From: Bacteroidales bacterium
GTDB lineage: Bacteria > Bacteroidota > Bacteroidia > Bacteroidales > UBA12077
Assembly: GCA_041686375.1 (NCBI GenBank)
Contig: JAWLEB010000010.1
Location: forward strand, 15,301 to 79,300
DNA length: 64,000 nt
Reading direction: 5' to 3'
This document shows, one piece after another, positions 22,490 to 32,107 of this stretch. A model generated the notes under the pieces. That model was not told where the DNA came from, searched no databases, and saw only the letters and a program-made list of their open reading frames with translations. Both the position numbers and the translations under genes were made by a program. Position 1 is the stretch's first letter; every line of letters starts with the position of its first letter.

Positions 22490-23011
22490 TTATTCTTCTT
22501 TTTCAGATAAAGTTTCTAAAACTCCAGCTAGGATGTGGCTACTCGATTTCAATCCTGAAATCACATCATTCATAGGTGATTGTAATTGATATATAAGGTC
22601 ACCAATAAGCTCTTCTTTAGATTTAATTTCGGATAATGCTTCTAATTTATCATCTCCGATATAAATAGATTCCTCAACATAAGCACCTTTAAGGACAGGT
22701 TTCTCATGCTTCTTACGAAATTCTTTAATAATCTTTGCAGGAGCATTTCCTTTTTCGGTTAAAATTACAGAAATAGGTCCTTTTATTATATCATACAACT
22801 CGTCAACTTCTACATCAACTTTATCTAATGCTCTTTTTAGCAAAGTATTTTTCACCACTTTCATTTTCAAGTCATTTTCAAAACATTTTCTTCGAAGGCT
22901 TACAGTCTCCTCTGCATTTAAGCCAGAAGTATCTGCAAGATAAAAGTGGGTAGAATTTTGTATATCTTCAACAAGTGAATTGACTACTTGTTCTTTTTCG
23001 TCACGTTTCAT
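22490..23011 (-). CDS. rplJ: 50S ribosomal protein L10
   Basis: 173 aa. Position between rplA and rplL, with L10-like sequence (ADTSGLNAEETVSLRRKC...KVVKNTL). Confidence 0.93.
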   Translation of the reverse strand: MKRDEKEQVVNSLVEDIQNSTHFYLADTSGLNAEETVSLRRKCFENDLKMKVVKNTLLKRALDKVDVEVDELYDIIKGPISVILTEKGNAPAKIIKEFRKKHEKPVLKGAYVEESIYIGDDKLEALSEIKSKEELIGDLIYQLQSPMNDVISGLKSSSHILAGVLETLSEKEE

Positions 23012-23041
23012 AAAGCTATTGTTTCTTTAAAAGTTAAAATG

Positions 23042-23743
23042 CTAAACCGCTTTTCTAAAATCACTGGGGTCTATTTTTATTCCCGGACTCATAGTGCTGG
23101 ATAAGGTCACACTTTTAATATAAGTACCTTTAGCAGCAGAAGGCTTAAGTTTTCTTATTGTATTTAAGAATTCCCTTGCATTCTCATAAATTTTCCTTGA
23201 TTCAAAAGATACTTTTCCGAGTGAAGTATGTATAATTCCGTACTTATCCACTTTAAAATCAATTTTACCCTTTTTAATTTCCTCAACTGCTTGTCCTATA
23301 TTATCTGTCACAGTTCCACTTTTAGGGTTTGGCATCAGGCCCCTGGGTCCAAGAATTTTCCCCAAAGGTCCTACTTTAGGCATAACAGATGGTGTTGTTA
23401 TAACTACATCCATATCTGTCCAGCCTTCTTTTATTTTATTGATATATTCATCCAACCCAACATAATCGGCTCCCGCAGTTTTTGCTTCATCTTCTTTATC
23501 TGCGGTACATAAAACAAGCACTTTTTTAGTTTTTCCCGTGCCATGCGGCAAAGTAACGATACCCCGAACCATTTGATTTGGTTTTCTGGGGTCTACTCCC
23601 AGTCGCACATCGATATCAACAGAGGCATCAAAATTCGTTTTCGTTATTTCTTTAATCAGGGTGGAAGCTTCTTCCAACCTGTATAACTGATTTTTATCGA
23701 ATTTTTCTAAAACCTCTTTTTTCTTTTTAGTTAATTTCGCCAT
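23042..23743 (-). CDS. rplA: 50S ribosomal protein L1
   Basis: 233 aa. [34 protein letters not shown] is typical of L1. Confidence 0.96.
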   Translation of the reverse strand: MAKLTKKKKEVLEKFDKNQLYRLEEASTLIKEITKTNFDASVDIDVRLGVDPRKPNQMVRGIVTLPHGTGKTKKVLVLCTADKEDEAKTAGADYVGLDEYINKIKEGWTDMDVVITTPSVMPKVGPLGKILGPRGLMPNPKSGTVTDNIGQAVEEIKKGKIDFKVDKYGIIHTSLGKVSFESRKIYENAREFLNTIRKLKPSAAKGTYIKSVTLSSTMSPGIKIDPSDFRKAV

Positions 23744-23760
23744 TGTTATTTGGATTATTT

Positions 23761-24204
23761 TTATTCGTTGACGGGAAATTTCCCTTTTACAGTAATACCC
23801 ATGCTCCGTGCAGTCCCTGCAACCATTTTCATAGCTGATTCAATGGTAAAAGCATTCAAATCTTCCATTTTATCTTCAGCAATTTCCTTAACTTGTTTCC
23901 AGGTTATAGCCCCAACTTTTTCTTTATTGGGTTCGGAAGATCCACCCTTCAGTTTTGCTTTTTCCAAAAGTTGTACCGGAGCAGGAGGAGTCTTCGTAAC
24001 AAATTCAAATGACTTATCCGAGTAAACGGTTATTATAGCAGGTATAACTTTCCCTGCTCTATCCTGAGTTTTAGCATTAAACTGCTTACAAAACTCCATG
24101 ATATTAACACCTTTAGCACCTAAAGCCGGTCCAACAGGCGGAGATGGATTTGCTTGACCACCTCGTATTTGTAACTTAATAACTCCTTCAACTTTTTTCG
24201 CCAT
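23761..24204 (-). CDS. rplK: 50S ribosomal protein L11
   Basis: 147 aa. [35 protein letters not shown]. Confidence 0.97.
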   Translation of the reverse strand: MAKKVEGVIKLQIRGGQANPSPPVGPALGAKGVNIMEFCKQFNAKTQDRAGKVIPAIITVYSDKSFEFVTKTPPAPVQLLEKAKLKGGSSEPNKEKVGAITWKQVKEIAEDKMEDLNAFTIESAMKMVAGTARSMGITVKGKFPVNE

Positions 24205-24222
24205 AACTTTTTTTACTTAAAA

Positions 24223-24768
24223 TTATTCTTTTTCAACTTGCATAAAACTAAGTTCCAGCGGAGTCTTTCTACCAAAGATTTTAACCATTACTTTAAGCTT
24301 TTTCTTTTCTTCATTAACCTCTTCGATAACTCCGTTAAAATTATTAAATGGTCCGTCAATGACTTTCACTGTTTCACCCACATAAAAAGGCACGTTAAGT
24401 TCTTCATCGCTATCAGCTAACTCATCAACTTTTCCAAGGATTCTATTCACTTCCGATTTTCGCAGAGGTGTTGGTTCTTTTCCTTCAGCCCGCAGAAAAC
24501 CTATCACATTTGGCAAATTTTCCAAATAATGTTGAATATCATTAACCAATGCAGCTTCAACTAAAACATAACCAGGAAAGAAATTTCTTTCTTTACTGAT
24601 TTTTTTGCCGTTACGTATCTGATAAACTTTCTCCGTAGGAATAAGAACCTGAGAAACGTAATCCTCAAGTTTACCTTTAGCAATTTCCGTTTCGAGATAC
24701 TGTTTTACTTGCTTTTCTTTCCCTCCTATAGCTCTCAATACGTACCATTTCTTTTCTTGCTCACTCAT
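24223..24768 (-). CDS. nusG: transcription termination/antitermination factor NusG
   Basis: 181 aa. KWYVLRAIGGKEKQV NGN domain and C-terminal KOW (GETVKVIDGPFNNFNGVIEEV). Confidence 0.95.
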   Translation of the reverse strand: MSEQEKKWYVLRAIGGKEKQVKQYLETEIAKGKLEDYVSQVLIPTEKVYQIRNGKKISKERNFFPGYVLVEAALVNDIQHYLENLPNVIGFLRAEGKEPTPLRKSEVNRILGKVDELADSDEELNVPFYVGETVKVIDGPFNNFNGVIEEVNEEKKKLKVMVKIFGRKTPLELSFMQVEKE

Positions 24769-24786
24769 TTTCCGAACCTGCTTACG

Positions 24787-24978
24787 TTAATAAAACATAC
24801 TATAAACAAAATCCATTACATTTCTAAAAGAGAAATCCATAATGAATACAATCAAAGCAATAATTAAGGAAGCAACCATTACGACAACTGCACTTCTTTG
24901 CAGTTCACTCCATGTTGGCCAGGAGACTTTATGTACCAGCTCATTATAGGAATCTTGTAAATATGTTTTAATTTTCAT
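24787..24978 (-). CDS. secE: preprotein translocase subunit SecE
   Basis: 63 aa. KVSWPTWSELQRSAVVVMVASLIIALIVF single TM. Conserved position upstream of nusG. Confidence 0.9.
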   Translation of the reverse strand: MKIKTYLQDSYNELVHKVSWPTWSELQRSAVVVMVASLIIALIVFIMDFSFRNVMDFVYSMFY

Positions 24979-24994
24979 TTTTAATAATATTTAG

Positions 24995-25067
24995 CACGGG
25001 TGGTAAGACTCGAACTCACGACCGGCGGTTTTGGAGACCGCTGCTCTACCAACTGAGCTACACCCGT
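24995..25067 (-). tRNA. tRNA-Trp (anticodon CCA)
   Basis: Minus strand ACGGGTG-TA-GCTCAGTTGGTAGAGC-A-GCGGT CTCCAAA ACCGC...GAGTTCGAGTCTTAC-CACCCGT-G folds as a cloverleaf. CCA tail is not encoded. Confidence 0.93.
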
Positions 25068-25126
25068 GTATAAGAATATTTTTGGGATACCTCGTTATGA
25101 ACGAAAAATCCCAAAATTTTATTATA

Positions 25127-26314
25127 CTATTCAACAATCTCAGTTACCTGTCCTGCACCTACAGTTCTTCCACCTTCACGTATAGCGAAACGTAATCCAA
25201 TATTCAATGCAACCGGATAGATTAATTCAACAGTCATTGTTACATTGTCACCAGGCATTACCATTTCAGTACCTTCAGGCAACTGGACAGTGCCAGTAAC
25301 GTCCATTGTACGGATGTAAAACTGAGGTCTGTATTCATTATGAAATGGAGTATGTCGACCACCTTCTTCTTTTTTCAGAACATAAACCTCTCCTTTAAAC
25401 TTAGTATGAGGTGTAATTGAGCCAGGTCGTGCAATGACCATACCTCGCTTAACATCATCTTTATTAACACCCCTTAGTAACAGGCCTACGTTATCACCGG
25501 CTTCACCTTCGTCAAGGATTTTCCTGAACATTTCTACACCAGTAACAACGGTTTTTTTCTTTTCAGCGCCAAGACCGATCATCTCAACTTCCTCCCCCGT
25601 TTTAACGACACCAGTTTCTATTCTACCGGTAGCTACAGTACCACGTCCCGTAATAGAAAATACGTCTTCTACGGGCATTAAGAAAGCTTTTTCTTTATCT
25701 CTCATGGGTACAGGTATGTAGTCATCAACTGCATTCATAAGTTCCATTACCTTCTCAACCCATTTTTCTTCACCATTTAAAGCACCGAGAGCTGATCCGT
25801 GGATAACGGGAGCATTTTCACCATCGAATTCATAAAAATCCAATAATTCACGAACTTCCATATCAACCAGTTCAAGCAGCTCTGGGTCATCTACCAAATC
25901 AACTTTATTAAGGAAAGTAACAATTTTTGGTACGTTCACCTGACGTGCGAGCAGGATATGTTCTCTGGTTTGTGGCATTGGTCCGTCTGTACCAGCCACA
26001 ACAAGTATAGCACCATCCATTTGAGCTGCACCAGTAACCATATTCTTAACATAGTCAGAGTGACCAGGGCAGTCAACGTGTGCGTAGTGACGTTTTTCCG
26101 TTTGATATTCAACGTGCGCTGAATTAATAGTAACACCTCTTTCTTTTTCTTCAGGTGCATTATCGATAGAATCGAAGGATCTAACTTCAGAAAGACCTTT
26201 TTCAGCTAAAATTTTAGTAATAGCTGCGGTCAGGGTAGTTTTTCCGTGATCAACGTGACCTATCGTACCGATATTTACGTGTTCTTTCGATCGCTCAAAT
26301 TTTTCTTTTGCCAT
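25127..26314 (-). CDS. tuf: elongation factor Tu
   Basis: 395 aa. [15 protein letters not shown] and NKVD G-motifs. Confidence 0.98.
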   Translation of the reverse strand: MAKEKFERSKEHVNIGTIGHVDHGKTTLTAAITKILAEKGLSEVRSFDSIDNAPEEKERGVTINSAHVEYQTEKRHYAHVDCPGHSDYVKNMVTGAAQMDGAILVVAGTDGPMPQTREHILLARQVNVPKIVTFLNKVDLVDDPELLELVDMEVRELLDFYEFDGENAPVIHGSALGALNGEEKWVEKVMELMNAVDDYIPVPMRDKEKAFLMPVEDVFSITGRGTVATGRIETGVVKTGEEVEMIGLGAEKKKTVVTGVEMFRKILDEGEAGDNVGLLLRGVNKDDVKRGMVIARPGSITPHTKFKGEVYVLKKEEGGRHTPFHNEYRPQFYIRTMDVTGTVQLPEGTEMVMPGDNVTMTVELIYPVALNIGLRFAIREGGRTVGAGQVTEIVE

Positions 26315-26397
26315 AGCTTCAAATATTAAATTTACGATTTGGTTTAATTTTTTCTAAATTAGTTGTTATATATATGAAAAATATAGCCAAAGGTTCG

Positions 26398-26469
26398 AGC
26401 CAATGACGGGATTTGAACCCGTGACCTCTTCCTTACCAAGGAAGCGCTCTACCCCTGAGCTACATCGGC
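26398..26469 (-). tRNA. tRNA-Thr (anticodon GGT)
   Basis: GCCGATG-TA-GCTCAGGGGTAGAGC, anticodon arm CTTCC TTGGTAA GGAAG, T-arm CACGGGTTCAAATCCCGT, acceptor CATTGGC. Confidence 0.92.
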
Positions 26470-26477
26470 AAAAATAG

Positions 26478-26550
26478 AGCGGGAGACGGAACTCGAATCC
26501 GCGACCCTCAGCTTGGAAGGCTGATGCTCTACCAACTGAGCTACTCCCGC
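26478..26550 (-). tRNA. tRNA-Gly (anticodon TCC)
   Basis: GCGGGAG-TA-GCTCAGTTGGTAGAGC, anticodon arm TCAGC CTTCCAA GCTGA, T-loop TTCGAGT, acceptor CTCCCGC. Confidence 0.92.
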
Positions 26551-26560
26551 TTGTAGCCTG

Positions 26561-26643
26561 TGGGGAGGGCAGGATTCGAACCTACGAAGGCATACGCCAG
26601 CAGATTTACAGTCTGCCCCAGTTGGCCACTTTGGTACCTCCCC
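26561..26643 (-). tRNA. tRNA-Tyr (anticodon GTA), long variable arm
   Basis: GGGGAGG..., anticodon arm GCAGA CTGTAAA TCTGC, variable arm GGCGTATGCC, T-arm GTAGGTTCGAATCCTGC, acceptor CCTCCCC-A. Confidence 0.92.
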
Positions 26644-26650
26644 TAAAAGG

Positions 26651-26725
26651 AGCCGATGGAGGGATTCGAACCCACGGCCTGCTGATTACAAATCAGCTGC
26701 TCTAGACCAACTGAGCTACATCGGC
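26651..26725 (-). tRNA. tRNA-Thr (anticodon TGT)
   Basis: GCCGATG-TA-GCTCAGTTGGTCTAGAGC, anticodon arm GCTGA TTTGTAA TCAGC, T-loop TTCGAAT (one U-U mismatch in the T-stem), acceptor CATCGGC. Confidence 0.9.
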
Positions 26726-26778
26726 ATTTTTATAAATAAATATAACAAAGAACTTTTCAAAATCAGAAAATCGGTTCG

Positions 26779-26808
26779 CAAAGGTATATATTTTATTTAT
26801 CTTACAAA
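26779..26808 (-). promoter_or_regulatory. candidate promoter of the tRNA-tuf operon (TTTG-N18-TACCTTTG)
   Basis: The minus strand reads TTTG (26805-26808), then 18 nt, then TACCTTTG (26779-26786). This fits the Bacteroidota -33 TTTG / -7 TAnnTTTG pattern, about 55 nt upstream of tRNA-Thr(TGT). Confidence 0.4.
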
Positions 26809-26834
26809 ATATATTCTCTGATTTTTTTATAAAT

Positions 26835-27134
26835 TTATTTCCCTCTTTGTTTATCCTTCCGTTTTTTAAGCTGTTTTTCTAAAGCCGTGACGGAGGCATC
26901 TGTAGATTCTTCAAAGCTATCACCCTGCTTCTTAGCAAATAAATCACTACCCGGTATTTGCAGTTTTATCTCCGAAATTTTGTTTTCCGGACTCTGGGTT
27001 TTCTCCACTTTAAGAAAAACTTCGGCGCTAATGATATTGTCATAGAACTGATCTAGTTTACTCACTTTATTTTCAATAAAGTCTTCGAGCTTCTTATCAG
27101 CGTCAAAATGAACAGAATGAATTTTAATATCCAT
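26835..27134 (-). CDS. hpf: ribosome hibernation factor (short HPF/RaiA family)
   Basis: 99 aa. MDIKIHSVHFDADKKLEDFIENKVSKLDQFYDNIISAEVFLKVEK is typical of ribosome-associated inhibitor A/HPF. Confidence 0.88.
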   Translation of the reverse strand: MDIKIHSVHFDADKKLEDFIENKVSKLDQFYDNIISAEVFLKVEKTQSPENKISEIKLQIPGSDLFAKKQGDSFEESTDASVTALEKQLKKRKDKQRGK

Positions 27135-27152
27135 ATTTTAATCCTCCGTATT

Positions 27153-28043
27153 TTAATGTCTTGGATGAGCTTGTTTATAAACTTTTTTTAACTTTTCAAA
27201 TGTAGTATGTGTATAAATTTGGGTAGCTGACAAATTTGCATGTCCCAGAATCTCCTTGATTGCATTAAGGTCTGCTCCATGGTTTAACATATGTGTTGCA
27301 AAAGTGTGTCGCAAAACGTGAGGGCTTCTTTTCTCCATCGTTGTGATCATACTTAAATACTTCTTCACTACTCTATAAACAAATTTATCATATAATTTTT
27401 TACCTTTATCGGTTAGGAGGAGATATTTTTCCTCTAAAGCAGGAAAGGTCAAATCTCTTATTTGTTTATATCTTCTTATCAATTTTGTCAATTCGCTGGC
27501 AATAGGAACGAACCTTTCTTTCCTTCGCTTACCAACTATCTTAATCTGATGTTGTTCAAAGTCTATATCCAAAGATTTTATATTTATCAGTTCAGACAAT
27601 CGTATCCCTGTTTGATATAAAAGCTCAATAATGAGTTTATCCCGAAGGCCTGAAAAATCGTTGCCAAAGTGATTTGTATCCAAGAGCAGATTCATATGAT
27701 CCTCATCTACAAAATGAGGTAATTTTCGGGAAATTTTTGGCAGATATATCTTAGATACTGGATTCCCCTTTATCTCCCCCTGCATGCTCAAATACTTAAA
27801 ATATGCTTTTAAGGCAGAAAATTTTCTGTTAATGGTACGATCGGAGCGTTGCTCCTCAAGCAATTTTATTAACCATTTCCGGATTAAACTTTCAACTGCC
27901 TTACTATCAAGAACTTGATTTGAATATCCTTGATCTTTCAGGTAATTAAAAAATTGATTCAAATCATTGACATAAGCACGAATCGTATGATCAGAATATC
28001 GCCGTTCATACCTAAGATATTTAACAAAATCGTCCCTGAACAT
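27153..28043 (-). CDS. tyrosine recombinase, XerC/XerD-like
   Basis: 296 aa. N-terminal SAM-like core-binding domain (FVKYLRYERRYSDHTIRAYVNDL). Catalytic region contains GIRLSEL, HVLRHTFATHML, LGHANLSATQIYTH. Confidence 0.88.
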   Translation of the reverse strand: MFRDDFVKYLRYERRYSDHTIRAYVNDLNQFFNYLKDQGYSNQVLDSKAVESLIRKWLIKLLEEQRSDRTINRKFSALKAYFKYLSMQGEIKGNPVSKIYLPKISRKLPHFVDEDHMNLLLDTNHFGNDFSGLRDKLIIELLYQTGIRLSELINIKSLDIDFEQHQIKIVGKRRKERFVPIASELTKLIRRYKQIRDLTFPALEEKYLLLTDKGKKLYDKFVYRVVKKYLSMITTMEKRSPHVLRHTFATHMLNHGADLNAIKEILGHANLSATQIYTHTTFEKLKKVYKQAHPRH

Positions 28044-28101
28044 AAGGATAATATTGAAGTATAAATACTCTAACAGTAGAAAATAAAAGTACAGAAATTT
28101 C

Positions 28102-28296
28102 TTATGATTCGTCGTCTTCCTGTAACTTCTGTCTGTAAATAGCTTTCTTTTTCTCTTCCCTTCTTTGCATAGAAGGCTTTGTATAGGCCTGTCTTTCGCG
28201 CAATTCTTTAATCACTCCTGTTTTTTCAAATTTTCTTTTAAATTTTTTTAGTGCTCTTTCAATGTTTTCACCATCTTTTACTTGAACTACTATCAT
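28102..28296 (-). CDS. rpsU: 30S ribosomal protein S21
   Basis: ATG at 28296 (MIVVQVKDGENIERALKKFKRKFEKTGVIKELRERQAYTKPS). The 4 extra codons in the track ORF (TTG 28308) overlap the Shine-Dalgarno sequence. Confidence 0.93.
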   Translation of the reverse strand: MIVVQVKDGENIERALKKFKRKFEKTGVIKELRERQAYTKPSMQRREEKKKAIYRQKLQEDDES

Positions 28297-28301
28297 ATTT
28301 A

Positions 28302-28306
28302 CCTCC
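28302..28306 (-). promoter_or_regulatory. strong Shine-Dalgarno (GGAGG) of rpsU
   Basis: The minus strand reads AAATTGGAGGTAAATATG, i.e. GGAGG with a 5-nt spacer to the start codon. Confidence 0.7.
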
Positions 28307-28322
28307 AATTTTTTATGAGCCG

Positions 28323-28330
28323 CAAATCTA
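28323..28330 (-). promoter_or_regulatory. candidate -7 box (TAGATTTG) for rpsU
   Basis: Matches TAnnTTTG, about 27 nt upstream of the rpsU ATG. Confidence 0.35.
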
Positions 28331-28475
28331 TTAAATTAATCTGATTTTTCGACAACTATCTTCATGAAAATTAAGACGAAAAATATATTTTATTATTATT
28401 GCCTATAAAACAAAATCTTACAAGCCAATCATTTTTAAATTTACAAAAAAAATTTTCGTACTTCAAGATTGAATA

Positions 28476-29420
28476 TCAATCACAATTTAAATAACCTGCT
28501 ACTTTTAAATACGTTTTCCTGGGCAAAATATTATTTTCCAACAACTCTTCAACGTCTGATATTTTTTTATCTTTTATATCCCTGTATTTCAAGATAGATT
28601 TAGTATGATACTCATTTAAATAGGGATGTCTGATCAGTTCGCTAAAATCTGCATTGTTCAGGTTAATAGACTCACATAGTGTAGTATCTATTACAAAATT
28701 ATCCTTTATGTATGAATAAACAGAGTCATTAATGCCGTAGACTTCTTTCAATTGTTCGATTTTTCTAAATCCCCCCAATAAATCCCGATATTTTGAGATT
28801 CTCTCTGCATATGTCCTTCCAATACCATTGACGAGCATAAACTGTGTTGTATCAGCTGAATTTAGGTCTACTACGTCCACGGTTGGCTCCTCATTCTTAT
28901 CTTCCTTTTCTTTGACGTTCTGTGTAAAATTATTTTTCTCCTCCTCTATTTTTTCTATACGAATATAATCTTTGAGCTTATCATACATTTGTTCATCTAT
29001 ACCATAAATTTTCTGAAAATCTTCAGGTTCATAAAACTGTCCGCCTTTTTCAAGGTATTTTGTAATATTATCAATCTGATAATCACTTAATCCTAAAGTT
29101 TTCCATTGCTCTCTGTTTGTATTATTAGGATCAAAACGGAACAATTTCCCTTTATTAACATCTGCAGTATTTTCAGCTTGGTAATTTGGTAAAACTGTCT
29201 CCGGTCTTCTATTTTTTTCTTCTCTGTTATCTTTGACAAATCGTTCAAATGATTCAATTTCGTTTCTAAAACTGGCATAATCAAACTTCTCATTGTTTAT
29301 GTTAACAGGCAGTACAAACACATCAAGTCCAAGCAATAATACAATAAGGATAACTAAAATGATTATTCCGTTTCTTTCCCGCTTTGTAAATGAATAAAAA
29401 TGCCTGAAATGATTGCTCAT
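28476..29420 (-). CDS. membrane-anchored helix-hairpin-helix repeat protein (ComEA-like)
   Basis: 314 aa with an N-terminal TM anchor (GIIILVILIVLLLGL). Contains repeated HhH-type units, e.g. DLNSADTTQFMLVNGIGRTYAERISKYRDLLGGF, INLNNADFSELIRHPYL and DPNNTNREQWKTLGLSDYQI. Confidence 0.7.
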   Translation of the reverse strand: MSNHFRHFYSFTKRERNGIIILVILIVLLLGLDVFVLPVNINNEKFDYASFRNEIESFERFVKDNREEKNRRPETVLPNYQAENTADVNKGKLFRFDPNNTNREQWKTLGLSDYQIDNITKYLEKGGQFYEPEDFQKIYGIDEQMYDKLKDYIRIEKIEEEKNNFTQNVKEKEDKNEEPTVDVVDLNSADTTQFMLVNGIGRTYAERISKYRDLLGGFRKIEQLKEVYGINDSVYSYIKDNFVIDTTLCESINLNNADFSELIRHPYLNEYHTKSILKYRDIKDKKISDVEELLENNILPRKTYLKVAGYLNCD

Positions 29421-29451
29421 TAGTTTTCTCTAAAACTTAAGGATTTTTTAT

Positions 29452-30816
29452 CTAAAATTTAAGAATCCCAATTCCATGCAGAAATACCAATGCAATAGCA
29501 ATCGGTGCAATAAATTTAAGAATCAGAACAAACAAAGAAGCTAGTGGCGTTTTATACAATCCATTACTTGAAATTTCTTTTACTATAGCATCTTTACCAA
29601 GGTACCACCCCAGGAAAACTACAATCAGTAATCCACCCAGCGGAAGGAATACACTTGAAGCTGTAAAATCAAAAAACTCAAAAACATTGAACCTGCCAAT
29701 ATTAACACCTTCAAGAGTTCCCCAGGACATAGTGCATAAAACACCCACAACAGTGATAGCACTTGCGGCCAGGATTGTAGCTTTTTTCCTCACAAGTCCT
29801 AACTCTTCAACAAAATACGCTACTACAACTTCAAGAACTGATATTGATGAAGTCAATGCAGCAATGGCCAATAGCACAAAAAACAATATAGAGAAGAAGA
29901 ATCCACCTGGTATTTTCTGAAATATGTTAGGTAGTGTTCTAAATATAAGGTCAGGGCCAGCATTAGGTTCAATGCCAAATGCAAAAACAGCAGGAAATAT
30001 AGCCACACCGGCTAAAATAGCTATCAATGTATCAGCCGCTGTAACATTAATAGCTGTATTGGTTAGATTTTCCCTCTTATTAATATACGACCCATAAGTA
30101 ATTAACGTACCCATTCCAATACTAAGAGAAAAGAATGCCTGTCCAAGAGCTTCCAGGATGCTATTTGTACTTAGTTTAGAAAATTCAGGCTTAAATAAAA
30201 ATTCCAGACCTTCTTTTGCTCCGGGTAAAGTTACCGAGCGAACACCAAGTACAATAATCAAAGCAAGCAACAATGGCATTAACATTTTAGCATATTTTTC
30301 TATTCCCCTTTTAATACCAGCTATTACAATCCATGCAGTCAAAACCATAAACACCAATTGCCAGATAACAGGCTGTAAAGTGCTTGCTTTAAACCCCTCA
30401 AATAAGGACTTGAGTTCTTCCGGAGAGCTACCAGAGAATCCGTTTGTTATGGATAAATATACATATTCTAAAGTCCATCCAGCTACGGTACTATAAAAAG
30501 CTAAAATCATAAAAGCAGCCACAACCCCCATAAGTCCGATTAAGTACCAATAAGTATTTGGGGCCAGTTTTTTAAAAGAACCGAAAGCATTGCGTTGTGC
30601 ACTTCGTCCTATGGTAAATTCGGATAGCATAACAGGAATTCCAATTGCCATGATAAAAACAAGGTAAATGATTATAAATGCACCACCACCATTTTCACCA
30701 GCAATATAAGGGAATCTCCAAATATTCCCCAAGCCCACTGCGGAGCCCGCTGCTGCGGCAATAACTCCAAATTTACTACCAAAACTATCTCTTTGTGAGG
30801 GGTCAAAGTTAGCCAT
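29452..30816 (-). CDS. sodium-dependent transporter, neurotransmitter:sodium symporter (NSS/SNF) family
   Basis: 454 aa, polytopic. NSS signature AAAGSAVGLGNIWRFPYIAGENGGGAF. Confidence 0.9.
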   Translation of the reverse strand: MANFDPSQRDSFGSKFGVIAAAAGSAVGLGNIWRFPYIAGENGGGAFIIIYLVFIMAIGIPVMLSEFTIGRSAQRNAFGSFKKLAPNTYWYLIGLMGVVAAFMILAFYSTVAGWTLEYVYLSITNGFSGSSPEELKSLFEGFKASTLQPVIWQLVFMVLTAWIVIAGIKRGIEKYAKMLMPLLLALIIVLGVRSVTLPGAKEGLEFLFKPEFSKLSTNSILEALGQAFFSLSIGMGTLITYGSYINKRENLTNTAINVTAADTLIAILAGVAIFPAVFAFGIEPNAGPDLIFRTLPNIFQKIPGGFFFSILFFVLLAIAALTSSISVLEVVVAYFVEELGLVRKKATILAASAITVVGVLCTMSWGTLEGVNIGRFNVFEFFDFTASSVFLPLGGLLIVVFLGWYLGKDAIVKEISSNGLYKTPLASLFVLILKFIAPIAIALVFLHGIGILKF

Positions 30817-30882
30817 GATTAAAAATTTTAGGGTTAAAAAGGTTGGAACAATATTAAAAAAAAAGAAAATAAAAACAAATAG

Positions 30883-30917
30883 AAAAAGGACGCCAAAATA
30901 ACTTAGCGTCCCTTTTT
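30883..30917 (-). terminator. intrinsic terminator after the aldolase gene (A/T-flanked, potentially bidirectional)
   Basis: AAAAAGGACGC - 12-nt loop - GCGTCCCTTTTT, with the stem GGACGC (30888-30893) pairing with GCGTCC (30906-30911). Confidence 0.55.
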
Positions 30918-30936
30918 CAATAATTTAAAATCATAA

Positions 30937-31995
30937 CTAAGCTATATCAATTTCTTTAGCAAGATATACATCTTGTATAGCATTAAGTAGTTCTGCACCA
31001 TCTTTCATGGGCTTTTGAAAAGCTTTTCGTCCGCTAATAAGGCCCATTCCCCCAGCACGTTTATTAACAATAGCTGTTGTAAGGGCTTCTTCCAGATCAG
31101 AATCACCTTTAGAAGCTCCTCCTGAATTAATTAATCCAACCCGTCCCATATAATTATTCACTACCTGGTAGCGGGTCAAGTCTATTGGATGGTCAGTGGT
31201 TAATTCATTATACACTTTGTCATGCGTTTTCCCGAATTTAATATCCTTATACCCCGCATTGGTCTTCGGCATTTTCTGTTTAATTATATCAGCCTGAACA
31301 GTAACCCCAAGGTGATTTGCCTGCCCTGTAAGATCTGCAGCAAGATGGTAATCCTGATCTCCTTTTTTAAATTCATTATTTCTAAGATAACACCATAAAA
31401 CCGTTGCCATTCCCAGTTCATGTGCCCTTTCAAAAGCTTCAGCAACCTCAATAATTTGTCTGTTTGATTCCGGGCTTCCAAAGTAGATTGTTGCTCCCAC
31501 TGCTGCTGCACCAAGATTCCAGGCTTCTTCAACAGAACCATACATTATTTGATCATAAGTATTAGGATATGTTAAAAGCTCATTATGATTAAGTTTTACA
31601 ATAAAAGGAATACGATGAGCATATTTTCTGGATGTAGCAGCGAGCACTCCGAAGGTGGAAGCGACTCCATTAGCTCCTCCTTCAATAGCAAGCTTTACAA
31701 TATTCTCCGGATCGAAATAAACCGGATTTGGGGCAAAAGATGCCCCTGCTGAATGTTCAATACCCTGATCAACAGGCAATATTGACAGATATCCTGTTCC
31801 CCCTAATCTACCATGGTCAAAAATTCTTTGGAGATTTACGAGAACTTTTGGATTTCTGTTTGTGTCAAACATTATCCTTTCAATATAATCAGGACCCGGC
31901 AGATGCAGTTGTTCTTTAGGGACAGTTTTGCACTTATGCTGTAGTAAATCATCTGCCTTATTTCCTAAAGTTTCAATTATTTTATTATACGACAT
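30937..31995 (-). CDS. fbaB: class I fructose-bisphosphate aldolase (DhnA/FbaB type)
   Basis: 352 aa. [53 protein letters not shown] resembles FbaB-type aldolases. Confidence 0.8.
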   Translation of the reverse strand: MSYNKIIETLGNKADDLLQHKCKTVPKEQLHLPGPDYIERIMFDTNRNPKVLVNLQRIFDHGRLGGTGYLSILPVDQGIEHSAGASFAPNPVYFDPENIVKLAIEGGANGVASTFGVLAATSRKYAHRIPFIVKLNHNELLTYPNTYDQIMYGSVEEAWNLGAAAVGATIYFGSPESNRQIIEVAEAFERAHELGMATVLWCYLRNNEFKKGDQDYHLAADLTGQANHLGVTVQADIIKQKMPKTNAGYKDIKFGKTHDKVYNELTTDHPIDLTRYQVVNNYMGRVGLINSGGASKGDSDLEEALTTAIVNKRAGGMGLISGRKAFQKPMKDGAELLNAIQDVYLAKEIDIA

Positions 31996-32107
31996 AATTC
32001 ACCCTCATTTAAAGTTAACACTTAGTTACAAAGTTATAAAATAATTTAAAATCGTGGAACGATTATACAAAATAACAAATGAGTATTGAATTAAATGTGT
32101 CCCAGCC

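Noticed and set aside
25068-25126. Hairpin TTTTGGGAT...ATCCCAAAA between tuf and tRNA-Trp.
   Set aside because: On the transcribed (minus) strand it is not followed by a U-tract. It is probably just a processing or stability stem in the tuf-tRNA-Trp-secE co-transcript, and not distinctive enough to call.
26398-28043. A tyrosine recombinase (27153-28043) lying next to a four-tRNA array. This could signal an integrative element or genomic-island boundary.
   Set aside because: The recombinase has the XerC/XerD layout, with a SAM-like N-terminal domain and the full catalytic motif set. It is wedged between rpsU and hpf in a block of translation genes, an arrangement I recall as conserved in Bacteroidota. 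I saw no partial tRNA duplication or att-like repeat, no cargo genes, and no obvious compositional break.
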